Shown in pieces: positions 9,626 to 18,133 of a DNA stretch of 64,000 bases. Both the position numbers and the translations under genes were made by a program. The stretch lies in assembly GCA_963675295.2 (NCBI GenBank), contig CAXXKJ010000002.1:416001-480000 (forward strand), in the 5' to 3' direction. The stretch comes from a bacterium (GTDB lineage: Bacteria; Electryoneota; Electryoneia; Electryoneales; Electryoneaceae). Position 1 is the first letter of the stretch. Every line of letters begins with the position of its first letter. A model generated the notes under the pieces. The model had not been told where the DNA came from. It did no database searches and saw nothing but the letters and a program-made list of their open reading frames with translations.

Positions 9626-10702
9626 ATGCCCCTCGCCGTCCCGACATACAGCCTGTATTGGTTCCGCCGTCTCGCGCATTTCTTGCGACACGCGCCGGGC
9701 ATCGGTGTGATCATCACGCTGCTGGTGCGAGTTTTCTCTGGACCTCGAGGAGGCGGCGCATTCGTCAACGGACGCGCCGACTCTACAGGGCGACTTCCCG
9801 AGCCCCAAGCCCGGAGCCCCGAGCCCGTCATGGTGCCCGTGATAAGCCGGCGTCAGCCGGTTATCGCGGATCATCCGCCCTCTGATCTTGCCCGTGTTGG
9901 CTTTGACAACGCGGCTGATCAACACGCTAACCCGTCAACCGGATCTCAACGACCACGAATCCCATTCGTGGCAGCCCCTTCACCGCCGCCCGTCGACCGC
10001 CATCCGCAGCCGGTTTGTGAGCCCCAAGCCCGGAGCCCCGAGCCCGTTGTTGTTGACTCACAACTCACCACTCATCACTCATCCCTGTCCCTACCGACCG
10101 GCCTCGAGAACGGGTTCGCCCCGCTCCGCGACCATGGCCCCATCTACGATTCCAGCGGCGAGCCGGTTCCGCCGGAACTCCTTGACGAATACGGCCGCCT
10201 CAAACGTCCCAAGCCCAAACCCCGTAAGCGTTACAAGCGGGGTCAGGGACCGGGCGGACCGGGCGGTGGTTGGAATCGAGGGATGAAGTGGACAATCAAG
10301 CCGGATCGTAACCGGCTGATCTATCCGGAGTTGATCTGGCGGGAGAAGAACGGCTACCGCTCTGCGCACGCCGGTTTCGTTCGTTACGACCATTCAAAAC
10401 GGAGACAGGCGCAGGATTTAACAGCAAATGAACAGCCACGTTCTGTATCCCCAGTTCCCACAATTGACAGGAAGGATCCAAAGTGTCACGTTACCCGGAA
10501 AACACGATCAATTCCGGATTCGAAATCCGATTCTCTGCTGACCGTTCCTGTTCCAACTCCGGTGAACGGGTCGTTAATCTCTGGATCTCCCGACGATCTT
10601 GGTGTTTGTTTAATCTTTGCTTATTATTTCACATACCCTGTACTGGCCGCCGATGACAGGACCTCCAACGCCCACAGCTGTTATTGTCTGGGAGAAACGT
10701 CC
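9626..10702 (+). CDS. Unknown Pro/Arg-rich protein, paralog 2. The frame runs without a stop into the cytochrome gene; boundaries are uncertain
   Basis: Conserved block at ~10115-10390 matches the 7120-7400 minus-strand block; hydrophobic/amphipathic N-terminus; in-frame REP and heptamer sequence in the linker. Confidence 0.65.
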
Positions 10703-12586
10703 ATGCTCCGTACCACGAGTGCCAGGCATTTGTTGATAGTTATCCTGACGTTGCCGTTGACTCTGTTCGCGCAGAACTTGCCGACAGACACCTCGTCGCT
10801 CTTCGCCGGATCGGGTGTGTGCGCGAACTGTCACTCCTCAGACGGCTCGATCATGATGGAGAACAACAAGGACATTTCGCCGCCGACCACGTGGCGGTCG
10901 TCGATGATGGCAAACGCGGCGAAGGATCCGGTGTGGCAGGCGAAGGTGATGGCGGAGAATCAGGACAATCCGGCGTTGCAGGCGATTATCGAGGACAAGT
11001 GCACAACGTGCCACGCCCCGTTGGGCCGGACGCAGGCGATATATGACGGCGCGGACGGGTACACGTTCGATGAGGCGATGGGGTCGGCGTTGGCGCTGGA
11101 TGGGGTGAGCTGCACGTTGTGTCACCAGATCCAGGCGGACAACCTCGGCACCGAAGCTAGTTATTCTGGCGGGTATGAGATCGGGGACGAACACGTAATC
11201 TACGGGCCGTACCAGAACATCTTTCCGAACCCGATGATCAACCAGTCCGGATTCACGCCGACCTACGGCGAACACATCCGCGATTCCGAACTGTGCGGCA
11301 CCTGCCACACGTTGTTCACACCCTATGTCGACAACAACGGCAACATCGCCGGTGAATTCCCGGAACAGACACCGTACCTCGAATGGGAGAACTCGGACTA
11401 TCCGGGTGAGGGGATTGAGTGCCAGACGTGTCACGTACCGGAAACAACCACGCCGCAGGACATTTCGACGATGCCGCCGTGGCACACCGAAACGCACACG
11501 CCGTTCGGCAAGCATGAACTGGCCGGCGCGAACATGACGATGCTGGGTTTGATCCAGGACAACCTGTCGGAGTTGGGGATTACCGCGACGGACGCGCAGT
11601 TTGATGAAACGCTGGGTCACACCTCGGCGATGTTGCAGCGGGCGGCGTCCCTGCATGGCAGCTACGAGCTGATCGGGGACACACTGGTGGTGGATGTCGA
11701 GGTGCGCAGCCGGACGGGGCACAAGTTGCCGACAGGGATTCCGTTGCGTCGGATGTGGCTGCACGTGACGGCGCGGGATGAGGCGGGGAACGTGTTGTTC
11801 GAGTCGGGCGAATGGGACGGCGAGGGGCGGATTCCGGATGAGGACACACCATACGAAGTTCACCGTAACCGGATCGACGCCGAGGACGAAGTGCAGATTT
11901 ACGAAGGCGTGATGGGAGATGTGGATAACGAACGGACGTGGACGCTGCTACGAGCCGGGCAGTACCTGAAGGACAACCGGATTCCGCCGCGCGGCTTCGA
12001 CATCGATCACGAGAACTATGACGACACCGGAATTTTTGGCCGTGCGCGGTTCGACCGCAATTTCAACCGTGCGACAGGTCCGCAGACGACCGGCGTGGAC
12101 ATCGTCCAGTATCGCATGCCGGCTGCGGCAACGGTCGAGATCGAACTGGTGATGCAGACGTTGAATCCGAGGTTCATCGACGATCTGCTGACCCACACCG
12201 GCGACAAGGTCGATCAGTTCGCCGGAATGTACGCGGAAGCCGGGAATGAGCCGTACCAACTGGCGGAAATCGAGATCAGCCTGAGTCCGACGCACCGGTC
12301 AACGGACAGTTCGGAACCGCCGATGCGGGCACGGAACCTGCGGGTGTATCCGAACCCGGCGAACGCGAGCTCGATACTGGGATACGAGTTGCCGTACGCG
12401 CAGCAGGTGACGTTGCAGTTGTACACGGTGAACGGGCGGTTGGTGCAGACGATCCACCAGGGTGCGCAACGGGCGGGCGAACACGCGGTGTCGTTGAACA
12501 TCAACGGGCTGTCGTCCGGGATCTACCTCGCACGGATGAGCGGGCAGACGTGGCAGGCGGCGGAGCGGTTTGTGGTGTTGAAGTAA
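10703..12586 (+). CDS. Pentaheme c-type cytochrome with a T9SS type A C-terminal sorting domain
   Basis: GGAGA RBS, signal peptide, CANCH/CTTCH/CTLCH/CGTCH/CQTCH, C-terminal VYPNPAN...LSSGIYLAR...FVVLK. Confidence 0.88.
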   Translation: MLRTTSARHLLIVILTLPLTLFAQNLPTDTSSLFAGSGVCANCHSSDGSIMMENNKDISPPTTWRSSMMANAAKDPVWQAKVMAENQDNPALQAIIEDKCTTCHAPLGRTQAIYDGADGYTFDEAMGSALALDGVSCTLCHQIQADNLGTEASYSGGYEIGDEHVIYGPYQNIFPNPMINQSGFTPTYGEHIRDSELCGTCHTLFTPYVDNNGNIAGEFPEQTPYLEWENSDYPGEGIECQTCHVPETTTPQDISTMPPWHTETHTPFGKHELAGANMTMLGLIQDNLSELGITATDAQFDETLGHTSAMLQRAASLHGSYELIGDTLVVDVEVRSRTGHKLPTGIPLRRMWLHVTARDEAGNVLFESGEWDGEGRIPDEDTPYEVHRNRIDAEDEVQIYEGVMGDVDNERTWTLLRAGQYLKDNRIPPRGFDIDHENYDDTGIFGRARFDRNFNRATGPQTTGVDIVQYRMPAAATVEIELVMQTLNPRFIDDLLTHTGDKVDQFAGMYAEAGNEPYQLAEIEISLSPTHRSTDSSEPPMRARNLRVYPNPANASSILGYELPYAQQVTLQLYTVNGRLVQTIHQGAQRAGEHAVSLNINGLSSGIYLARMSGQTWQAAERFVVLK

Positions 12587-12611
12587 GCTTGGACAGAGCG
12601 GGTATTAAACA

Positions 12612-12644
12612 GGGCCGGATCAGACGATCCGGCCCGTTGTGTTT
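12612..12644. terminator. Terminator hairpin between convergent genes
   Basis: GGGCCGGATC-AGAC-GATCCGGCCC. Confidence 0.7.
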
Positions 12645-12669
12645 CGAGTGGCGAGGTGCTGGCAAACGG

Positions 12670-13767
12670 TCAACCGAACATTTCCTGCAGGGCGGACTCG
12701 AGGACGTCCATCTCCTCCGGCGTGCCGATGGTGATGCGGACGCAATGCGGCAGCCGGAACGGGATCATCGGGCGGGCGATGATGCCGAATTTGAGCAGGT
12801 CGTCGCTGACCGCGGCGGCTCGTTCGGCGGACTCGAACACGACGAGCGTGAAGTTCGCGATGCTGTCGGTGTGAGTCAGGCGCAGCTTGTCGAGCAGCGT
12901 GTGCAGGCGTTCCATACCCTGACGGTTGGTGCGGAGCGTGGTCTCGAGAAACTCGGTGTCGTCCAGCGCGGCGACGCCGCCCATTTCGCTGAGGATCGCC
13001 GGTTCGAACGGCAGCTTGACCTTAAGGATGTTGGTGATGATTTCCGGGTCCGCGACGCCGTAGCCGATCCGTGCGGCGGCCATGCCGTACGCCTTGGAAA
13101 ACGTGCGCATGGTGATCAGTTGCGGGTGCCGGGTCGTGAGCGAATCCGGGTAATCGGTGGCGAGATCGCGGCCGTATTCGTAGTAGGCTTCGTCCATGAT
13201 GACCAGCACGCCCTTGGGCAGTTTCTGCAGGAAGTTGCGCCAGGCCTGGTCGCGGAACGCGGTCCCGGTCGGGTTGTTCGGGTTGGCGATGTAGATCAGT
13301 TTCGTCGCCGGGGTGATCGCGTCGAGGAGGGCGTCCAGGTCGTACGTGTAATCCGGGGTCAGCGGGACGGTGGTGACCATGAGGTTCATGGCGTTCGCGA
13401 TGACGTAGAAGCCGATGAACGTACCCTCGGCGGTGACGACCTCGTCACCGGCCTGCAGGTAGGCACGCATGGCGGCGAGCAGAATGCCTTCGCTGCCGGC
13501 GCCGACCGCGACTTCGTCCAGGCCGATGTTGTAGTGCGCGGCCAGTTTTTCGCGCAGCCGCAGGCCGGTGCGTGGGTAACGGCTGACGTCCTTTGCGGCT
13601 TCGATCATCGCTTCGACGGCTTTCGGCGAGGATCCGAGCGGGTTTTCGTTGGACGCGAGCTTGATGATGCGTTCGAGGCCGAACTCTTCGCGGATTTCTT
13701 CGATCGAACGGCCGGGCTGGTACGGTTTCAGGGCTTGGATGTGCGCGGGTACGGGCGGGGTTTTCAC
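12670..13767 (-). CDS. hisC: Histidinol-phosphate aminotransferase
   Basis: KLASNENPLG, NPNNPTG, DEAYYEY, RTFSKAYG, RITIGT. Confidence 0.93.
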   Translation of the reverse strand: MKTPPVPAHIQALKPYQPGRSIEEIREEFGLERIIKLASNENPLGSSPKAVEAMIEAAKDVSRYPRTGLRLREKLAAHYNIGLDEVAVGAGSEGILLAAMRAYLQAGDEVVTAEGTFIGFYVIANAMNLMVTTVPLTPDYTYDLDALLDAITPATKLIYIANPNNPTGTAFRDQAWRNFLQKLPKGVLVIMDEAYYEYGRDLATDYPDSLTTRHPQLITMRTFSKAYGMAAARIGYGVADPEIITNILKVKLPFEPAILSEMGGVAALDDTEFLETTLRTNRQGMERLHTLLDKLRLTHTDSIANFTLVVFESAERAAAVSDDLLKFGIIARPMIPFRLPHCVRITIGTPEEMDVLESALQEMFG

Positions 13768-13993
13768 CGAACGGTCCTTTGTGTTGACGGTTGTCCGGGT
13801 TGGGACGCACCCGGAGCCGGGCTGTCGTGCAATTGTGAGCGGGGACAGGACGTGAAATACGGAGTCCGTCCGCGCTCAGAATCGGGGGTTCCGAAAGGTA
13901 GGCGCGGGGGCTGGAACGGGCAACTCGGGCGGGAGACGGGCGGATAATCCGCGGTAGTGAAACGACGCTACCGCGGGCATCTGCTTCTGATCC

Positions 13994-15850
13994 TCATTTC
14001 ATCAGGGTCACCTTCTCGATGGCGTTCAGCCTACCCGGTACCGTGGCTTGGATGAAATACAGGCCGCTGGACAGATGGGACGCGTCAAAGGTCAGGCTGT
14101 GTGTCCCGGCGTTGAACGATCCGTCCGCGAGGGTCGCCACCTGCTGGCCGGTGACGTTGTACACGTTGACCGTCAGCTCGGCCGTTTCCGGGAGATTTAC
14201 GCTGATTGAGGTGGTCGGATTGAACGGGTTCGGATACGCCGTGCCGAGGCTGAAGCTGGCGGGCAGCGAAGCGTCGGCCTGTTCGGACGCATATGTCGCC
14301 GGGCTCTGGTCGTGGAAGGTGAGCTGAACGGCACGTTCCCAGTCAACGTTTTCCCAATCCGTGACGGCGTTCGGGGCAGCGACGATGTCCTTTTCAAACT
14401 CGTAGGAGTCGAGGGCTTCAATAATCCATGGGTAGGATCCGCCGTACAGGGTGATGCGGTAATGTCCCGGCGGGGCGGACGAGTGGATACTTGCGTTGGC
14501 ATAGACGGTGATGTTGTTGTTTGCGGGTAGACTCGCGTTGACTCGTCGATTGAGATTCACTGAATTGTAGGAATCCAGGTGAGTCAGGTTGATCCAGAAG
14601 TCGGCGTTCCGTTGCGGGCCTTCGTTGAAAATGTCGATCTGGTTGAACCAGTTCGCGCCGATTGCGGGCACAACGAGGCCGCCGATGCCGATCGGGAAGA
14701 TGTTCACGTTCAGCGACTGGGCGGTGATATCGAGTTTGATCGCGACCGCCTGGGAGCCGTCGTAGACCCCCGCGCCGATGACGTCGTTGTTGCTGTCCAG
14801 GGCATAGCCGAGCATCAGTTCGGACTCGATGTCGCCGAAGAAATCGACACGATCCACATCCCCGAGCTCGTTCACCTGGTACAGCATCATATCGTGGTTC
14901 ACTCCCTGGGTTTGCTGGCCGTAGCCCCCGATGAAGAAGCCGCCGTAGGGATTGATTCCGATCCACGTAGCGACTTCGGCTTCGGGATCGTTGCCGTAGT
15001 TTCGCATCCAGCGGACGATATTGTCCGGGGCCAGACGGATCGCCCAGGCGTCAAACTGTGCCCCGTTCGGCAAGTCGCCGCCAACCGCCATGCAATCGCC
15101 ATTCGGCGCTTCGGTGATGCCTTCGATGTAGCCGTAGTCGGTGAGTTGATTGGTGTAGGACCAGTCGATGCTGCCGAAGCTGTTGAGCCGCATCACCCAC
15201 TGCTGCGGGACAAAGTTGTCGTAGACATTGCCGCCGGTGTAGAACCCACCGTCAGCGCGTTGCACGACATCGGTAATCATCGAGGTCAACGGGCCTTGCT
15301 GCGTGTAGTAATGTTCCCATTCCATCTGGAAGCTGCTGTTGATGTAGAACAGGTAGCCCTGCGAATCGACGGCTCCGGCGATGACATAGCCGCCGCCGGC
15401 AAGGGGTTCGATGGAGGTCGCGGTGTTGTTTGTTCCGGGGGACCAGGTGCGGGTGCCGAGGTCAAACCCGTTCTGATCGAATTGCGAGAGCACGATGTAG
15501 GTTTGGCCGGTGCTCATGTTTGTGGCGTTGCCGACGGCGAGGTACTCGGTGGTGATTCCGTTCACGGTGCAAATGTCGCGGAACTCGATGCGGATGTTGG
15601 CCAGGGACACGGTGTGTTCCCAGAGGATGGTGCCCTGCGTGCTGAGCCGTGCGGCGTACCCCATGGATGGTGTGCCGACAGCGTTCTGCACGCCGGCGCC
15701 GATCATGCCGTCGTCAAAGCTGGCGATTGTTGCATTAAACAGCCGGTTGTCCGCGCCAGACAGATTCGTCATCCAGTTCAGGGTGGGTTGGGCGATTGCT
15801 GATGACAGCGTCAGGATTGCGGTTACAAATAACAGTGTCAGGTGTCTCAT
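13994..15850 (-). CDS. Secreted beta-propeller-like protein with pre-CTD Ig-like domain and T9SS CTD
   Basis: Signal peptide; repeated W..Y/GG..G units; AYPNPFNP...SSGLYF...KVTLMK. Confidence 0.85.
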   Translation of the reverse strand: MRHLTLLFVTAILTLSSAIAQPTLNWMTNLSGADNRLFNATIASFDDGMIGAGVQNAVGTPSMGYAARLSTQGTILWEHTVSLANIRIEFRDICTVNGITTEYLAVGNATNMSTGQTYIVLSQFDQNGFDLGTRTWSPGTNNTATSIEPLAGGGYVIAGAVDSQGYLFYINSSFQMEWEHYYTQQGPLTSMITDVVQRADGGFYTGGNVYDNFVPQQWVMRLNSFGSIDWSYTNQLTDYGYIEGITEAPNGDCMAVGGDLPNGAQFDAWAIRLAPDNIVRWMRNYGNDPEAEVATWIGINPYGGFFIGGYGQQTQGVNHDMMLYQVNELGDVDRVDFFGDIESELMLGYALDSNNDVIGAGVYDGSQAVAIKLDITAQSLNVNIFPIGIGGLVVPAIGANWFNQIDIFNEGPQRNADFWINLTHLDSYNSVNLNRRVNASLPANNNITVYANASIHSSAPPGHYRITLYGGSYPWIIEALDSYEFEKDIVAAPNAVTDWENVDWERAVQLTFHDQSPATYASEQADASLPASFSLGTAYPNPFNPTTSISVNLPETAELTVNVYNVTGQQVATLADGSFNAGTHSLTFDASHLSSGLYFIQATVPGRLNAIEKVTLMK

Positions 15851-16027
15851 GATTCTCCCTCTGTTCAACTGGCAGCCGGGTTCGTGCGGTATCCGGTAGC
15901 CGGCATTTGTTAGGTTCGCCGAACAAGATCGCTGGTGTGGGGGTGGGATGGTGTGCGATGTGTCACTTTGACGGGGTTGTCATCGGCTGATGTGATGGGT
16001 GTCAACGGGGTGCGGGTGGACGGTTGC

Positions 16028-16207
16028 GGATGAGCCGCGTTGTCAGAGCCAACACGGGCAAGACCATGTGCGGATCAGTCCTGCGAACCGCCGAAACGGG
16101 CCGGCAGGATACAGGGACAATCACGGGCGGATGAGCCACGACATGAATGTCGTGGGCATGTTGCGAAATGAGACCGGGACACTTTAGAGACAAAATGTCC
16201 CCGGTCT
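16028..16207. repeat. BIME-like mosaic of REP-like hairpins
   Basis: GGATGAG..GGGCA elements at 16028 and 16129; GGGACAC..TGTCCC element at 16171. Confidence 0.8.
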
Positions 16208-16228
16208 GGCGCTGTTCCCAGGAAATAA

Positions 16229-17191
16229 TCAATCGTGATGGACGGTCATGGCTGCGCGGGTTTCGTCGACGAGGCGGTGGACAAGGTCTGCTGCGGACGG
16301 GATGTCACGGATCAAACCCGAGCCCTGCCCGGCCTCGACCTGGCCTTCGTCGAGGTCGCCTTCGAAAATGCCGAGGCGTTCGCGTTTCGTACCCAACAAC
16401 TCGCGCAATTCCTCGACCGAGGCACCGCGTTGTTCGGCGGCGGCGATGCGTTCGGTCCATGCGTTGCGGACCATGCGTGCCGGGCCGATCTGTTTCAGGT
16501 GGAAGACAGTGTCGCGGTCGGATGCGTTGACGACGGCCTGCTTGTAGTTGTCGTGCGCGCTGGATTCGACGGTTGCGGCGAAGCGTGTGCCGATCTGAAC
16601 ACCGTCCGCGCCGAGCAGGATGGCGGCGGCGATCTGGCGGCCGTCCGCGATGCCCCCGGCGGCGAGGACGGGGATCTGGACGGCGTCCGCGACCTGCGGG
16701 ATCAGCGCCATGGTGGTGATCATGTCGACGCCGTTGTGGCCACCGGCCTCGAAGCCTTCCGCAACGACCGCGTCACAGCCCGCCGCCTCAACCTTTTTCG
16801 CCAGAGTAACCGACGGGACGACGTGCACGACTTTAATACCGTGTTCGTGGAACGTGGGCGTGAATTTCTTCGGTGATCCGGCGGAGGTGAACACGACGGG
16901 GACCTTGTGGTCAAGCACGACCTGGACCAGGTCTTCGGCGTCCCCGCGCAGCAATGGAATGTTGACGCCGAACGGTTTGTCCGTCTGGGATTGGGCTTTG
17001 CGGATGTGGTCGGCGAGCAGGTCCGGTTTCATCGATCCGGACCCGATCAGGCCGAGCCCGCCGGCGTTGGAAGCCGCAGCGGCGAGTTTCGCGCCGGAGA
17101 CCCAGACCATGCCGGCCTGGATGATGGGGTACTCAATGCCGAAGAGTGTCTGGATGCGTGTGCCGGTGAAGGGCCAAATATGTTGGGACAT
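16229..17191 (-). CDS. Nitronate monooxygenase / FabK-like flavoprotein
   Basis: YPIIQAGM, AEGFEAGGH, AAGGIADGR, GVQIGTRF. Confidence 0.9.
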   Translation of the reverse strand: MSQHIWPFTGTRIQTLFGIEYPIIQAGMVWVSGAKLAAAASNAGGLGLIGSGSMKPDLLADHIRKAQSQTDKPFGVNIPLLRGDAEDLVQVVLDHKVPVVFTSAGSPKKFTPTFHEHGIKVVHVVPSVTLAKKVEAAGCDAVVAEGFEAGGHNGVDMITTMALIPQVADAVQIPVLAAGGIADGRQIAAAILLGADGVQIGTRFAATVESSAHDNYKQAVVNASDRDTVFHLKQIGPARMVRNAWTERIAAAEQRGASVEELRELLGTKRERLGIFEGDLDEGQVEAGQGSGLIRDIPSAADLVHRLVDETRAAMTVHHD

Positions 17192-17237
17192 GGTTCGCAC
17201 CGTGATGGATGAAAGACGATGTGTGTCGTTCAGTTAT

Positions 17238-17339
17238 GGATAACCCCAGACATGAATGTCTGGGGCATGAAAGTAAGGGTGAATCATCCGCAACGTGATT
17301 GTCATCGGTATACTTACCACGGACTTAAGTCCGTGGTAA
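17238..17339. repeat. Two REP-like palindromes
   Basis: CCCCAGACATGAATGTCTGGGG and TTACCACGGACTTAAGTCCGTGGTAA; both families recur elsewhere in the window. Confidence 0.85.
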
Positions 17340-17420
17340 TGGATAGTGATCGGAGGATAGTGATCGGATTCCGGAAAACGGGTCAACAGAATCAGCTAAA
17401 CGTGTGATCGGATTCCGATA

Positions 17421-17846
17421 TCAGGCTCCGGCGAACTCGTCCCGGCGTTTTTCGCGGAACAGCTCCTGCAGCTTCATGCGTTGGCTGGCGAGCTCGGCGT
17501 GGGTTTGCTCGAGCCGAGTGAGGAAGCCGCGTGTGCGTGAATCCTCGAGCGCATCCCGGCGGTCTTCACCGACGCGGAGGTAGAACACCAGCTTGCCGAG
17601 GCGTTTGTACAGAGTACGCAGACGCAGGCGCAGGTGGGTGATCTCGATCTGGATGACCAGCCGGACCATCACATTTTCGATACGTGTCAACCCTCGTCCG
17701 AGCATACGTCCCGCCCTGTTCAGCCACCGTTCCCAGCCAGTCATCCGGTCCATGCGGCCGTACGCATACGGGTCGCCGTTCCCGAGGATGGTTCTGCTGT
17801 GTTCCTCGCTGAACTGGGTGTCGCGGAAGGTTTGTGGCATGGTCAC
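17421..17846 (-). CDS. Hypothetical basic helical protein
   Basis: 141-aa ORF with an AAGGA RBS, filling the gap between genes. Confidence 0.6.
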   Translation of the reverse strand: MTMPQTFRDTQFSEEHSRTILGNGDPYAYGRMDRMTGWERWLNRAGRMLGRGLTRIENVMVRLVIQIEITHLRLRLRTLYKRLGKLVFYLRVGEDRRDALEDSRTRGFLTRLEQTHAELASQRMKLQELFREKRRDEFAGA

Positions 17847-18133
17847 GTCCTTGCGTTCAAGTGAATCTCAACCCCACAGGAATATACAAACAGGAAGGGG
17901 GGTGGAGGGTGACCGGGTTCGCCTCCGGTTGGCGGGGTATCGATAGGCGATGTGAGGTCGGTGAATTCGTTGTATTGTCCGGTGAAAGCCTCTATTTTCA
18001 GCGGGTGGCGAGAGGTGGGACACCCGGGTCGCAAGACGACCCGGGCCAACCGGCTATTCTGGTTACGGAACAAACGAACAAACATAGACGATATCGGGGC
18101 GCAGGGAGATTTCGGCGCGCAAGGAGATTCAGG

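Noticed and set aside
2700-10700. Prophage, integron or IS element in the accessory region
   Set aside because: No integrase, transposase or phage structural genes, and no canonical attC ends were seen.
9569-12586. The 1005-aa ORF as one genuine protein
   Set aside because: An internal RBS and signal peptide at 10703 indicate a separate cytochrome gene; the fusion is kept only as an open question.
17834-18133. 100-aa N-terminal extension of the S9 peptidase (likewise for ORFs called from 49088, 51108, 57290, 44825 and 48691)
   Set aside because: Downstream ATGs with an RBS and signal peptide are better starts.
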